From Macrostomum lignano (taxonomy: Eukaryota), in NCBI GenBank assembly GCA_002269645.1, contig NIVC01000493.1:496001-560000 (forward strand): 64,000 nucleotides of DNA, read 5' to 3'. Below the pieces are notes generated by a model that saw nothing but the letters and a program-made list of their open reading frames with translations, was not told where the DNA came from and made no database searches. Position 1 is the first letter of the stretch. Each line of letters starts with the position of its first letter. Positions 19,601-48,965 of the stretch are shown here, piece by piece. Position numbers and translations under genes: made by a program.

Positions 19601-21995
19601 AGGTGGCTGGGGAATGAGGTGGCTGGGGAGTGAGGTGGCTGGGGAGTGAGGTGGCTGGGGAGTGAGGTGGCTGGGGAGTGAGGTGGCTGGGGAGTGAGGT
19701 GGTTGTGGAGTGAGATAGCTGGGGAGTTAGATAGCTGGGGAGTGAGGTGGCTGGGGAGTGAGGTGGCTGGGGACTGAGATGATTATGGAATTACTATTCA
19801 GCAGCCAAGCAGCCACCCGATGAGAAGCTCGCCTCAACTCACCCCAGAGCTGGCTGGCTGCCGGATCGAACTGCAGAGCGGCTACACAGAACTCTCTCAA
19901 CAGGGCCAGACACTCGGTTGAGCAGCGGACAACGCCGCCTTTGCCGGAGCAGAAGGCCCAGTTGTCCAGCTCGTTTAGCGACGCCCGCAGTACCTGAAGA
20001 TTTCGGTCGAGTTCAGGCTTGGTTAGAAGTAGTTTTAAAGAGTTATTAAGAGCTTTAGCGTCGACAAGCGTATTTATTAAATAAATAATTCTTACCGGCT
20101 GTTCTACAGGTGACTGGCGAATCGTGTGATTGTCGAGATCTAAAAAATTGGTAAAGCTCCATGATGACTCAGTTCACAAAGTACATGTACATCGGTTGCA
20201 TGGAGGGTAGGTGGACAATTAGATGAGGGAAGTTCGATGGCAGCGTGATGTGTGTAGCGGAGTGAATGGCATGGAAACAAGAGGTGACGGGCGGTGTCGG
20301 GGCGGGTGGCGGAGTGAGGTGGGTGGCGGATTGATGTGGGTGAGGGAGTGATGTGGTGGCGGAGTGAGGTGGGTGGCAGAGTCGGTATAAGGATGGTAAT
20401 CAACTGTCATTTAGGAACTATCGTAGGAACTATTAGGAATAGGACTTAGGATTTAGGTTAGGGAATTAGCAAATTGCACTGTTATCAGAGCGTGGTGGAG
20501 TGTGGCAGTTGCGGACAGCTGCACTCTTACAAAAAGCCACAAGCGCTCGAGGACGGCATTGCAAAGGGCGAGTGCAGGCCGCCCTAAAAGTCTGCTTCCA
20601 CTTTAAATGGGTTGCATGCCTTTATGTGGGGTGGGGTTCAATTACATTTTTAAACAGAGACATTTCAGAAGTCGCACGAGAGAGAGAGACCGTGAGAATC
20701 GGCCGGAATGGAATTGCGACGATGTCTGGAAGACGTGGGAAGTTATAACGCAGACAGTTTCACAGGGACTTCTTCATCGGGAAAATTTACTATAAATAAG
20801 CGAGGGGTTAAATGTCTAATCTTTACTCTCTTTACTAACTTCTGACTTGCTTAAACAACTAGTTTGCAAATCGTTGCTGTGATCTAAGCGTGCCGATTGC
20901 TTCTGCAGAAACCTGTGAACGGCGGGTAAGACTGAGCACTGCGATGCCTATAGATTTATGAATATTAGCATATTGGTCTCAGACCATGTAGATAGGCGTA
21001 AGATATATATGTAAGGTTCGAGTTAGCGGCCGGCTAGAGCCTTATAGTCGGGCGGGTGGCGGAGTGAGGTGTGTGTGGGGGAGTGAAATGGGTGGCGGAG
21101 TGAGGTGTGTGGGGGAGTGAAATGGGTGGCAGGGTGAGGTGTGAGGTGGTTGGTGGAGTGAGGTGGGTGGCGGAGTGAGGTGGGTGGTGGAGTAAGGTGG
21201 GTGGCGGAGTGAGGTGGGTGGCGGAGTGAGGTGAAGGCTCAGAGAATCCTAAGCATTAGGAGAACCCACCCGAGCCGTCAGCCGCCGCGGTCAGTCGCAG
21301 ATGTCGCTGAACAATCTGGCCGGCCAGCCACTTGGCCGAGTCGCCCGGCAGCAGCGCCCGACATTCGGCCAGCAGCTGCGCGGCGCCGGGCCGCCTGTCC
21401 GGCCGAGGGTCGCGCATACGCCGAAATAGTCGCCGGGGCGCACCGACACCTCCGGTGAGCTCGGCGCCAGCGCAGCAGGAGTGCAGACAGGCGCCCAGAG
21501 AGTACACGTGCGCCAGCTCGCCGTCGATCTGGACGTCGGCAAAAATTCCGCTCTCGGTTTGGGCCGCCTCCGGCGCCAGATAGGCCTGGTCTGTCTCTGG
21601 GAATGTTTTTAGAGACGAATAGCATTCTGTGACACCTGGTGGACAAATAAATGGAAAAACACCTGTGACACCTGATGGACAAATAGCATTCTGTGACACC
21701 CGATGGACAAATAAATGGAAAAACACCTGTGACACCTGATGGACAAATTGCATTCTGTGACACCTGATGGACAAATAGCATTTTGTGACACCTGATGGAC
21801 AAATTGCATTCTGTGACACCTTGATGGATAAATAGATCACTTTGCTGGCCTGGTATTGATGCTTGTCTTTCTGCGAACAATAAGACGACAGCTGTGTGCA
21901 GATACAGCTAAAGCAGCTCGCCTCCATTTCTCTGTCTGTCTCTCTGCATCAACTCAATTTTAGTTTGTGCTGAGAGTTTAGATTGCAGCCACAGG

Positions 21996-22079
<84 letters not shown>

Positions 22080-22566
22080 GCAATTTGTATTTAGCAATGC
22101 AAATTAGGCGGCACAATGGGTTCGTGTCTTTGAGAATGAATGCCAATTAAATAGCTATTTAATTCTCGAACTTTGGCTCAATACAGATCATAGACGCTAA
22201 GAGGTAAAGCTGATTTACATATATTATTAGACTGAATATAACTGGGGTCCTTTGTGTGGTTAAGCGCTCCTCCATCTCAATACCAGGGGGCAGTGCCCCT
22301 CCATCTCTTTATTCGTCAAAAAATGAAAAAAAACTATAATTAAGCTTGCCTTCAATCTGCAGATTAAAGCTGGCCTCTCCATTCTCGCTGAAGAGCAGCG
22401 AGGCCGGGGATATGGTGAAGGAGGTGACAATGTGCGAGAAGTGAATTGAAAGCGACTGCAAAGCGGAAGCGGATGCGTGGCACAGGGCCAGCAGTTCGCT
22501 GTCGCTGAATGGCTCGGCTTGAGAAGTGATGAGATCTTCTAGCGAGACCAGTGTGCCACGATCCAT
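13684..22566 (-). CDS. KNDC1: KNDC1/very-KIND-like protein (KIND-KIND-REM-RasGEF), 12 exons
   Basis: Phase-consistent exons 22566-22350, 21596-21270, 20139-20096, 19993-19843, 18668-18158, 17978-17414, 17047-16185, 16109-15825, 15583-15316, 15130-14990, 14663-14634, 14511-13684. KIND motifs VSLEDL..ELLALC, YLAPE..VYSLG..L, WLPPE; REM FFGYRYFATTEDL; CDC25-like LLDCAESDLAASLCALSRQRFLACHPVDFL. Confidence 0.8.
14768..14840 (-). tRNA. tRNA-Val(AAC)
   Basis: Reverse complement GATCTCGTGGTGTAGTGGTTATCACATCTGTCTAACACACAGAAGGTCCCCAGTTCGAGCCTGGGCGAGATCA: 7-bp acceptor stem, A and B boxes, anticodon arm TCTGT-CTAACAC-ACAGA, downstream T5 terminator. Confidence 0.95.
15610..15682 (-). tRNA. tRNA-Val(AAC), identical second copy
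   Basis: Same 73-nt sequence as 14768-14840 with different flanks; T6 terminator follows. Confidence 0.95.
17140..17402. repeat. 33-nt minisatellite (about 8 copies), intronic
   Basis: GCAGCAGCACTAACTGGTGTGACTCATCCCGAT. Confidence 0.9.
18755..19785. repeat. G-rich 16-nt minisatellite; related patches at about 20300-20390 and 21050-21232
   Basis: GAGTGAGGTGGCTGGG units interleaved with GAGTGATGTGATTATG units. Confidence 0.95.
21620..21835. repeat. About 28-nt tandem repeat
   Basis: GCATTCTGTGACACCTGATGGACAAAT(A/T) with a longer AAATGGAAAAACACC variant. Confidence 0.85.
21998..22075. repeat. (CA)n microsatellite
   Basis: Pure CA run. Confidence 0.98.
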
Positions 22567-24408
22567 AACTGTAACTGTGCTCAAGGCTGCAATAATATAG
22601 GATTTATAGACTCTGAGGTTACTCATGAAGCTACTTAAGACATCAATTGTGAGGTCTATATCCTATACGACATATGTATAGTAGTCACTAAATACAGTTA
22701 CTATAAAAATAATTATAAAAAATAAAAACCTTGAAAGTATGAAAGTTTTTTTGTTATTATGACATTAAAAATATAATAAACAATTATGGCTATGGCATTC
22801 ATTTGCTTGTCATGGTAAACATTCTAATGGGCTTTGAGTGAAATGAAATTTGTGAATTTTTTTAGTATGCACTCTATGTTAAACATTTTATCATAGAGTA
22901 TAAAGAAATGCGCTAATAGTCAGCAGAATATTTGAAGTTTGTTCGTAGCTTTTTATTTTTTGGAAGTATCTTGACATTATTTTGACTTTCTGACAAACTT
23001 TCATGCCTAAGTTTGTTGCATGTCTAAGTTAATGCTTAATGATATTTGATAAATATTCGTATTAGAAGACAATTCATGACAAAAATTATGTCGTAAAATT
23101 ACCCCACTAGCCTTAAAATTATTGTTTAATCACAGGATTATACTAATTTTTAAATAGAATACTATTACTTAGACTTAGTGACACAAACAGAATTTTTTTC
23201 ATTTCGAGCAAAAGTTGTACTTTTCTATATTATTTTTATGTCTGGTAATAATCAATATGATAAATTATGCATCTAAGCTTGATCCAAATGACAAATTCGA
23301 TTCCTAATCTATCTTTTACAAAACATGTATTTAAAATATTCTGTTTCAGATGTAGCTAGCAAATGGTATAAAAATATCTACATAATTTCAATTGACAGTA
23401 GAAAGCCAATAACCAGCATGTCGGCGCTGTAGCTACAAATACACAATAATTACAAACATACTCTATCGGCTATCGCCAGACACCTACGTAACGCACCCAA
23501 ATAAGGAAAAGAACAACACTCAATAAAGTTAAATTCCAAGATCTAATGACTCTTTAAAGAGTCGAAAAATTATGATATTTATATAAAGTCTATAAAAAGT
23601 TAAAAAAAACTTTTAATAATTAAAGAAACATATTCAGGCATTTTTCCGCTAAGTTTTTGCACGAGGTACTTAATAAATTTGTTATAGCAACAAATTTTAT
23701 GTATGGGTCGTTCTCAAAACTTGGGACACTAGTAGTGAAAATATTATTTTTCTAAAGGAATCAGTTAACCAGCGATGATGGTGAGCATGCTCAAGCCTAC
23801 AGCTCTTATCGTTGTTTTAGCAGCCTTAATTTATAAATCCAGGATAATTTGAGAATTATATAGAAGAACATGATTTAGAATGAGAATCTATTCTACATTC
23901 GTTGGATGACTGAAACATTTATTTTTCATTATATGCAATACATGGCATTGTTTCGGATAACACATTTGTACCTCAAACAAACAAAACATTCCCAATTCAA
24001 TAATGACGTAAATTTTTTATTGACTTTGTTTATATACATTCAACAGAATGCAACTAGTTTTAAAGACAACATCCAAGAATTTTAACATTTCTAATTAAAA
24101 CGTGAACGACAGCATCGATTCGATGTTGCGACCATGAGTAAAAATGTACATGTACGACTGTAATTAAAGTGCAGTGCCTGTCAAATGTGCGTACAAGCAT
24201 GAATATATTGCAACAGGTGTAGAACTAAGCATCGTTTCTCTTTAAATTATTGCGACTAGGTGTTAGCAGATCATGTTGTTCAATTAGCTGTACAAAACAG
24301 GGGCATACGTGCATATACTAAAACGCTTTGAGTTCTGATTTGAATATATATGCTGCACGAAACAACGCATTACTGATTGAATAATAATTTAATTTCCAAA
24401 CAGGAATA

Positions 24409-33899
<9,491 letters not shown>

Positions 33900-33959
33900 C
33901 GTTGGGATCTGAAATCAGGTATAAACCGTTTTCTTATCACAAGAATCGCTAGCTGGAGA

Positions 33960-34566
33960 GAAGAGACATAAGAGAGGAGAGAGGAGAGAGGAGAGAGTAG
34001 AGAGTAGAGAAGGGACAGGAGACAGGAGACAGGAGAGTGGAGAGAGTAGAGAGGAGAGAGGAGAGAGGAGATAGGAGAGAGGAGATAGGAGAGAGGAGAT
34101 AGGAGAGAGGATAGAGTAGAGAGGAGATAGGAGGGAGGAGAGTGGAGACAGGAGACAGGAGACAGGAGAGTGGAGACAGGAGACAGGGAGAGTGGAGACA
34201 GGAGACAGGAGAGAGGAGAGAGGAGAGAGGAGAGAGGAGACAGGAGACAGGAGAGAGGAGAGAGGAGAGAGGAGAGAGGAGAGAGGAGAGAGGAGAGAGG
34301 AGAGAGGAGAGAGGAGAGAGGAGAGAGGAGAGAGGAGAGAGGAGAGAGGAGAGAGGAGAGTGGAGACAGGAGACAGGAGAGAGGAGAGAGGAGAGAGGAG
34401 AGAGGAGACAGGAGACAGGAGAGAGGAGAGAGGAGAGAGGAGAGAGGAGAGAGGAGAGAGGAGAGAGGAGAGAGGAGAGAGGAGAGAGGAGAGAGGAAAG
34501 AGGAGAGAGGAAAGAGGAGAGAGGAAAGAGGAGAGAGGAGAGAGGAGAGAGGAGACAGGGAGAGGA
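33960..34566. repeat. (GAGAGGA)n purine array
   Basis: 7-nt units with GACAGGA variants. Confidence 0.95.
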
Positions 34567-35673
34567 GTGAGTACTTTAATGTTGTGGAATTCAACACTGA
34601 ATATACTACAATACGTAACAAGGTAGTTATAACTCTAATTTCGAAATTGTAAAAGTACAAATCCTTACTATTCGAAGTTGCAATCTACAAGGCCACGCAA
34701 GGCATGGATACTAATCTATATTGTATGGATTGCCAGTTGCGGAGGGTCACGCAATATGACAAATGAGATTTTCAATCTATTATCATTTTCTCTGTACAGC
34801 TATAGCAATTAAAATGTTTTTTTAAAAGTTGCAAAACTTATGCTCTGGAAATTTGTTAAATTGAGCTCACCTATCAGGTACGTAGAATTTCTGAAACTGA
34901 AGTGTCTTCTTCCTCTGCTTTGCAGATGAATTTTCTTTCCTAGCAGCTGTGGATAAGCAGAAACTGTTTGGGGACAGACTCACGGAGAATCGCCTGAGCC
35001 AATTATGGCCCGAGTTTGGTTGCCAGGGTTAGAATTCGATGCTCTCACAAATTTTTGGGCGTCTACATGGGGGGGGGGCGTCGGGCAGTGGTGCCAGCAT
35101 GGGCCTGCATAATTAATACTGCAGGTACACTCCGCAGCATTCTGTTTTAGAGTGACTTCGCTAGCAGAGTCTGCAAGGCTTCTGGGAATGCTCCAAGGCT
35201 GGGGCGCTGAAGAATGTCTATATGAGGCCGTAATTTCGGCAGCGCATAATGTTGACACTACTTGGTTATTTTTACGCAGCTGCCTGAACTTGGCATAGCA
35301 GGAAACTCAGGCAAATCAAAATCTTGCAGCTTTCAAAAATGTTTGAGACTTGAGTTACACAGGCTAAACTATTCTTTATAAGTACAACTATTGGTGATAT
35401 AAGCATGCTTCAATCTCAGATGATTTCATCAAATACATCCAGTCTGCACCGAGCGTCTCAAGCTGGTAAAGCTAGGAAGCTGGTAAAACCTATTGTACCA
35501 TGACCTTTGTGCCCGCTGGGCACTTATTCTTGCCTTTTAATGCCATAGACTACATTTAAGCCCGCTTGCAGGAAAGAAATATCGAAATTAACGGGCAGTT
35601 AATGACATTTAACGCCCGATTATTCTGTCCCACTTCGTCAAGGACACAAATGTCTATGGCACAATAATAGTAA

Positions 35674-35762
35674 TACCCATGCTTTGGGGGCGCTAATGAG
35701 AAATCCTCGGGCGCCTAACGGCGCCCTCTGATTTTCCCAATAACGCCCTTAAAGCATGGGTA
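35674..35762. mobile_element. Tiny MITE-like foldback element
   Basis: TACCCATGCTTTggGGGCG ... CGCCCttAAAGCATGGGTA inverted ends with TA at both extremities; internal GGGCGCC-TAAC-GGCGCCC. Confidence 0.4.
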
Positions 35763-36709
35763 CACCATTTTACCTCCTATTTTGAACAAAGTCTTATTCA
35801 AAAGAAACAAGCAGAACTTCAATTCAAACACTCTAAGAAATATCAGCCCTTGCGGAAATTCAAATCAAACAAAGTCCCTTTCTATTGAAACAGAAGAACT
35901 TCAATTCAGACTGTCTGTGGCCAAAATTGTCCCCGAGTGACGCGCATGCGCAAACTTGAAATTCAAGATCCAATCTTGAATTGAATTGAGAGGCCAATAT
36001 TTCCTTATTGGCCTTATTCAACACTCTTTGTTTATCACCAATAGTTTCACTTATAAAGAATAAAGTATGATGCCTCAAATTGCAATAGTTTTCCCTCTGT
36101 AACTCAAGTCTCAAGCATTGGGACGCCCGAAGAAAAAATGAAAAATAACTGTTATTTTGCTCTGATTTCTACGCAAACACTCTGCAGTTGTCGGTAATTG
36201 TTGTGAGAGCTTTTATTTGTTAGCACATCTCATATAAATGTCAGAGTTTCAACTGGCCGTGGACGTTTTTGACAGAACCTGTCTGCTGTACTGGGTCTAG
36301 AAACAGTGGGAAAGAACAGACAAACACAGAAGAAGTAAAGGGAAATTTTTCCCACAAAGTCAAATTAAAAACTGAAGCTTGTCGTTCCATTTCGAAATTG
36401 GATGCTAGGAAATCAAAGTCGGTAATAAAAGGAATTAGTGAATCGATTTAGGTGAAACAGTAGAAGTCATATTTACACACAGGTAGAGGTTAAAGTACAC
36501 CGCTCACTGATGGGGCAGTGGATAAAAATGGTGCAGTTTTGGGCAGAACAGTTAGACATGTGAAGGCGTTGGCTGCAGCATATTACTGTTAGTAGACTGA
36601 TTGTGATCAACTTATATAAGTATATAACAGTTTCATCTTACGAACGGTGCCCCTCACAGGTTTCTATTCTGATCCCTGAAAAACAGTGATAGACTGAGAA
36701 AGTAAAGGA

Positions 36710-37326
36710 GTAGAGGAGAAGGAAGAGAGGGAGGAGAGGGGGGGGAGGGGCGAGAGGGAGGAGAGGGGCGAGAGGGAGGAGAGGGGGAGAGGGGCGAGAG
36801 GGGAGAGGGGCGAGAGGGAGGAGAGGGAGGAGAGGGGCGAGAGGGGCGAGAGGGGGAGAGGGCGAGAGGGGCGAGAGGGGCGAGAGGGAGGAGAGGGGCG
36901 AGAGGGGCGAGAGGGGGAGAGGGCGAGAGGGGCGAGAGGGGCGAGAGGGAGGAGAGGGGCGAGAGGGGGAGAGGGGCGAGAGGGGGAGAGGGGCGAGAGG
37001 GGGAGAGGGGCGAGAGGGAGGAGAGGGGCGAGAGGGGGAGAGGGGCGAGAGGGAGGAGAGGGCGAGAGGGGCGAGAGGGAGGAGAGGGAGAGAAGGAGGA
37101 GAGGGAGAGAGGGAGGAGAGGGGGGAGAGGGGCGAGAGGGGGAGAGGGGCGAGAGGGGAGAGGGCGAGAGGGAGGAGAGGGGCGAGAGGGGAGAGGGGGA
37201 GAGGGGCGAGAGGGGGAGAGGGCGAGAGGGGCGAGAGGGGCGAGAGGGAGGAGAGGGAGAGAAGGAGGAGAGGGAGAGAGGGAGGAGAGGGAGAGAGGGA
37301 GGAGAGGGAGAGAGGGAGGAGAGGAA
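36710..37326. repeat. GA-rich purine array
   Basis: GGGCGAGAG / GGAGGAGAG units. Confidence 0.95.
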
Positions 37327-37513
37327 GCAAAATGGAAAGAGGACAGAACGAACGCAAGGGCCATAACCAGATGGAATTAGTGAAGGAAATCCAGAGACCG
37401 ATCTAGAGACGGCGAACATCTAAAGAGAAATCTTTGAGTCCTGCGCCCCTCCTATAGGGCAGAGGCTCCCTGTGAGTCCTGGCTGGAGCAGAAGAATCCC
37501 TCCGCAGCCTCGG

Positions 37514-44391
<6,878 letters not shown>

Positions 44392-46334
44392 CTGAAACGC
44401 GGCAGATTACAATGTGGAAATTCAGTCTTCAATCGGTGGGTGATAGCTCCGCCAAGTTAAGACTGCGCGGCGGTTGGAGGCTGCAACTAAGCGGTATGGA
44501 GCGCGGGAGAAACGGGCTGGGCAGAGGAGAGGGAAGCACTCTGGGGGGGGGGTAAGAGAAGGTTCTTCTCATGTACAGCCTCCTTGCCCAGGAAAAAAAT
44601 CAGTCAACCCATGCAGTTGGGATCGATAACCGAAAATCCCCAGTCAGTCGGGACTAATCAAAGAGAGATTGGAGCGGGGCTGGCGGCTGAGGAGAAGAGG
44701 CTGGCTGCTCAACGGAAGCTGATGGGGGAGGTGGGGAGGTGCAAAGGGGGGGGGCAGAGGAACCGCGCTCTCTCTCTCCCCCATCCCTTACTATGCACAC
44801 TCCGCATTGAGAATTCCCCATCCGATCTGAAGGCTGCGCAGCTCTGCGAAAATCCTCTTGGCTGCATCCCCGCTCTCAGCTCCAGGACCACCAACCCCCC
44901 TGCCAGGTCTCTGAGAGTCTGAGGCCGATTGATTTCTCCAGGTATGACGTCTGATCAAGGAGAGCCTGATCAAGGAGAGCATGGCTTTTCAATGCTACTC
45001 ACTTTTCTATTATCATTCATCCTATCTGCAGCTTCTGATCCCAAAAAGATGAATTATCCTTATGAGTTAGCGACGCGGAACTCACTGCGAAGCGCCATTC
45101 TCCGGCGTGACCCTGTCTTTCTCGTCCTCGTATTGGCCGCTCCTTGGTGTCCTTGAGGCGGCCTCAGCTGCTGCTCCAACCAGACTCATCCGGCCGCTAA
45201 TAAACTGCCGAGTTTAATTTCAAGTTTCTCTATCTCGCACTTTGTCTTTTGAGGAATTTCGTTTTCAAAAAATTACCCCCGGCCACGAGTCCGCCTGAAT
45301 GGGCAGTTATAGAGGCTGGGGAAGCGGGAGGGAGGCTGCCGGCCGTGATGGGGTGGCGCAGCGATCCCTGATTATCTGCTATCGATTTTTGTCCCGTGTT
45401 TACCCTCTACCTGGACTGAATCCCATGCATGCCTCAGTCCCGCACACGGGGGTACCTGGGGCTTGTTTGCCCCCCTCCCCCGATTCAAGTCATCCCAACC
45501 CCCGTGTCCAATACCGCCCGTCCCAGCTTCCGTCCGTCATCTCTCCCAATCGTTCCGATCGCTCTCCCCTCCTCTCCCCCAGCCCTCCCATATTTTTCCA
45601 TTCATTCCTCGCAGCTCTTCTGGACAGAGGCGGACGGACCGGGGGAAGGAAATGATAAAAGGGGGGGGGGGTTTGCAACAAGTTGCGCTTAGGAGAATGC
45701 GGGGAGGTCGCGATCGAGTCCCGCTCCCTCCTAATCCCCTCCATGCAGCCCCCACCCCATTAGGCAAATGCTAGCATCGGGCCCAAGCACTGGAATCAGT
45801 GTGTACACCAGTTTATCAATACAGCAGGCAGACTGCACCCCCCCCCCTGTGAACAGGACGATGGCAGCACGTGGACTGACGTGACCGGCTTTTGGCCAAA
45901 GTCTCTCCAACGGAGGGCAATTTTCACTTTGAATCGTTTATCGAAGTTGATATTGATTGGTTTAATAATACTGATCGATTTGTCTCTTGACTGACGCAGC
46001 TGGCTGTGTATTGATAAAACAATAGCTAGCGGCCGATAGAGACTGCAGGCTTATGGGGGATTCTGGACAGATCGATATGCGTTGGGGGCACTCGCTGATT
46101 GCTTAAAGGAGTTATCGATCGACTACTCAGATGCTGACTGAAGAGATGGAACGTTGTATAATAATAGTAATATTACTATTGATAATAAAACCAACTGGTC
46201 GATACTCTTCTACAAGCAAAATCTGATGCCAGAATCAATACTAGTAATATTATAATACTATATTATATTGATTATAGTTTCTCAACGTTAATATAGCTCT
46301 AGCTTGACTTCTAGTGAATTCGAGGGCCTAGGGC

Positions 46335-46817
46335 AGTGGCTTTGGCGCCCCTGGTGCTGGCGCCCCTGGTGCTGGCGCGTCTGGTGCTGGCGCGTCTGGT
46401 GCTGGCGCCCCTGGTGCTGGCGCGTCTGGTGCTGGCGCGTCTGGTGCTGGCGCGTCTGGTGCTGGCGCGTCTGGTGCTGGCGCGTCTGGTGCTGGCGCGT
46501 CTGGTGCTGGCGCGTCTGGTGCTGGCGCGTCTGGTGCTGGCGCGTCTGGTGCTGGCGCGTCTGGTGCTGGCGCGTCTGGTGCTGGCGCCCCTGGTGCTGG
46601 CGCCCCTGGTGCTGGCGCCCCTGGTGCTGGCGCCCCTGGTGCTGGCGCCCCTGGTGCTGGCGCGTCTGGTGCTGGCGCGTCTGGTGCTGGCGCGTCTGGT
46701 GCTGGCGCGTCTGGTGCTGGCGCGTCTGGTGCTGGCGTCCCTGATGCTGGCGCGTCTGGTGCTGGCGCGTCTGGTGCTGGCGCGTCTGGTGCTGGCGTCC
46801 CTGATGCTGGCGCCCCT
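46335..46817. repeat. 15-nt GC-rich minisatellite
   Basis: CTGGTGCTGGCGC(GT/CC), about 32 copies. Confidence 0.95.
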
Positions 46818-48254
46818 CCCCAATTCAAAAGCAAGTTTAATGTTGCTGTTAAAGCATTCTAACATTGGAATGAATCGAGACTTCATATCAATGCACGTAG
46901 CTAATCTCTAGTTGTATCTGAAAACTATGAGTGGAATCTCATTACCCCTTAGAGCACGGGGATTCTGTTTATGTTTATTCCCATTCTCCATCGCTTGGAA
47001 GAATAAAGAATTCCCCCATTTCTTCACTCCGCTCCAATAATCGATGCATGATTGAGCAGCGTGCCTGAAAAATCCATTTTTCCCCTTCGGGGAATTCTCT
47101 GCTCCTCCTTGTCCTCTCGATTCTATTCCCTCTCCGCAACTGCGTTCTCCCTTGCCTCTCTTCCCCGGCCAGTGTTTCGTCCCCTCCGACCAACCCAACC
47201 CCAATGAATGAATGGAATGCCGCTCGGATGCTGAGGTGCGGCAGTTGAAGCAGGCCGTTCGCGATCTCCTCATCTCTGCCCTGTGTCTCTCCTGAGTAGA
47301 AGAAGCAACCCGGCTTCTCCTGTGCTGGTGAGAGGGAAGAGACAAAATTTTGAGAGACGTCTGCATTGGAAATGACTGATTTATGAGGATGAGAAAGACA
47401 TCGATGGGGCTAGCCATACAGGGGAGGAACTCCACTGCTGGGCTGACTTCTTCGGCCCGGTCAGCAGCTGATTTGATTGAGAGTTCGATCGATGAATTCG
47501 ATTGCAGCTAAAATATGCAGCACTACTGCAACATCAAGAACGATGATAAAAACTTATTAAGGACATACTACACCCGAAATGAATTAATATATACCTTAGA
47601 TGATGGCACGCCAGTGCCGATTCAAATGTAAAGGTTCCGATGTTATATTTCACAAGTTAAAGTGGAATTGAATTCTTTCGATTTGATTTTGAACTTTCTT
47701 ACGAGTAAGTACTACAACACGAGCAAGCGCATGCATAAGTATATGTGTATATAGTATGTGAGCTGGTATTTTCTACAGAATAAGGCTCGATTCACTGAGT
47801 TCGTGTTAACCACCCTCGTAAGAAAAAAATTTCAAAAAGTTTTCTAGCAAAATACCATGCATGTTTACAACCGTTTATAACAAGGGCCAGATAAAGAACC
47901 TATGCGGTACATGTAGCGCATGCCTGCGGGTTAGAGGAGTGGCGAGAGAGGAGAGGGAAATAGAGAAAAGAGAGGAGAGATCGGAGAAAGGAGAGGCGAG
48001 GTACTGTAATAAAGAAGAAAAGAGATGACAGGAGAGGAAAGAGGAGAGAAGGGAGCGTGTGCCCATGACAAGATCGAGAACATGAGGAAAAAGGAGAGGT
48101 AAAAGGAGCGAAGAGAAGGAGACAGAGGAGAGAGGAGAGCGAAGAGAAGAAGAAAGAGGAGAGAAGATAAGGAGAGGAGATTCGACAAGGGAGCTGAGAA
48201 GAGATACAAACCTTGAGCAGGCCGGACTGCTACTTTGAAGTTTAGAAGAACTCG

Positions 48255-48965
48255 AGGGCCATCTTCCACGAAGGTAAGATGCTCCTTTAGGAAAGTCTGC
48301 ACCAGCTCATTGAGAACACCTCGGTTTTCCAAGCCAAAATCTGTGCCATTGAGCAGTGTGCCCAGCACCTGCTCCAGGCGAACGTTAGGAATTTGAATAT
48401 TCATTTCTACACTAATAGTCAAGACACCCGGCCACAGCAATATCCTTGGGTAACGAACTCGCGGACTCTCTCGCCAAGGAGGTAGCAATCCAGACGGCAA
48501 CCACCTCCTGATGAGGCTACCCATGCCCAGGTCGCAAGTCACCCGCCATATCAACAGGTGGCTCCACCAGCAACACCAGCTCCACTGGAACAGCTGCACC
48601 GATTAGGCAGACCCGCTCTGCGATGCCTAACCTGAACAGGAAAGTCTCTGACTATCTGATCTACTTAACAGAACCCACCCCAGTGAGATGTGCATGGTCC
48701 TAACCGGCCATGGATTCTTCCAGAGACTTATCTCGTTGCAAACCATTTGCCAGCTCCTACCTGTCTTTTCTGTGGTAGGAGAGAGACCGCGGAGCATCAC
48801 ATCACCTTCTGCCCTCACTTCAACAAGGTGCGGCACAAGCACCTCGGCCACCCCCAGCGGATGGACGAGCTGACCACCCTCGACAACATCCGTGACCTTC
48901 ACGCCTTCGTCCAAGATACCGGCCGGGTGAGGGTCGCCGATGCCTCCTCTGTTAACCAATTCTGA
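48255..48965 (+). pseudogene. Degenerate 3' fragment of a non-LTR retrotransposon (I/LOA/R1-type: RNase H plus C-terminal CCHC)
   Basis: Across frameshifts and stops: [13 protein letters not shown]...[69 protein letters not shown]. Confidence 0.85.

Noticed and set aside
35260-35620. Possible decayed DNA transposase (MULE-like TFVP motif)
   Set aside because: Only a few residues of resemblance across stops and frameshifts; not supportable without a profile search.
44584-47435. ORFs upstream of Cux as its first exons or as separate genes
   Set aside because: No phase-compatible donor with an ATG was found and there is no similarity to the CUX/CASP N-terminus; probably promoter or UTR.
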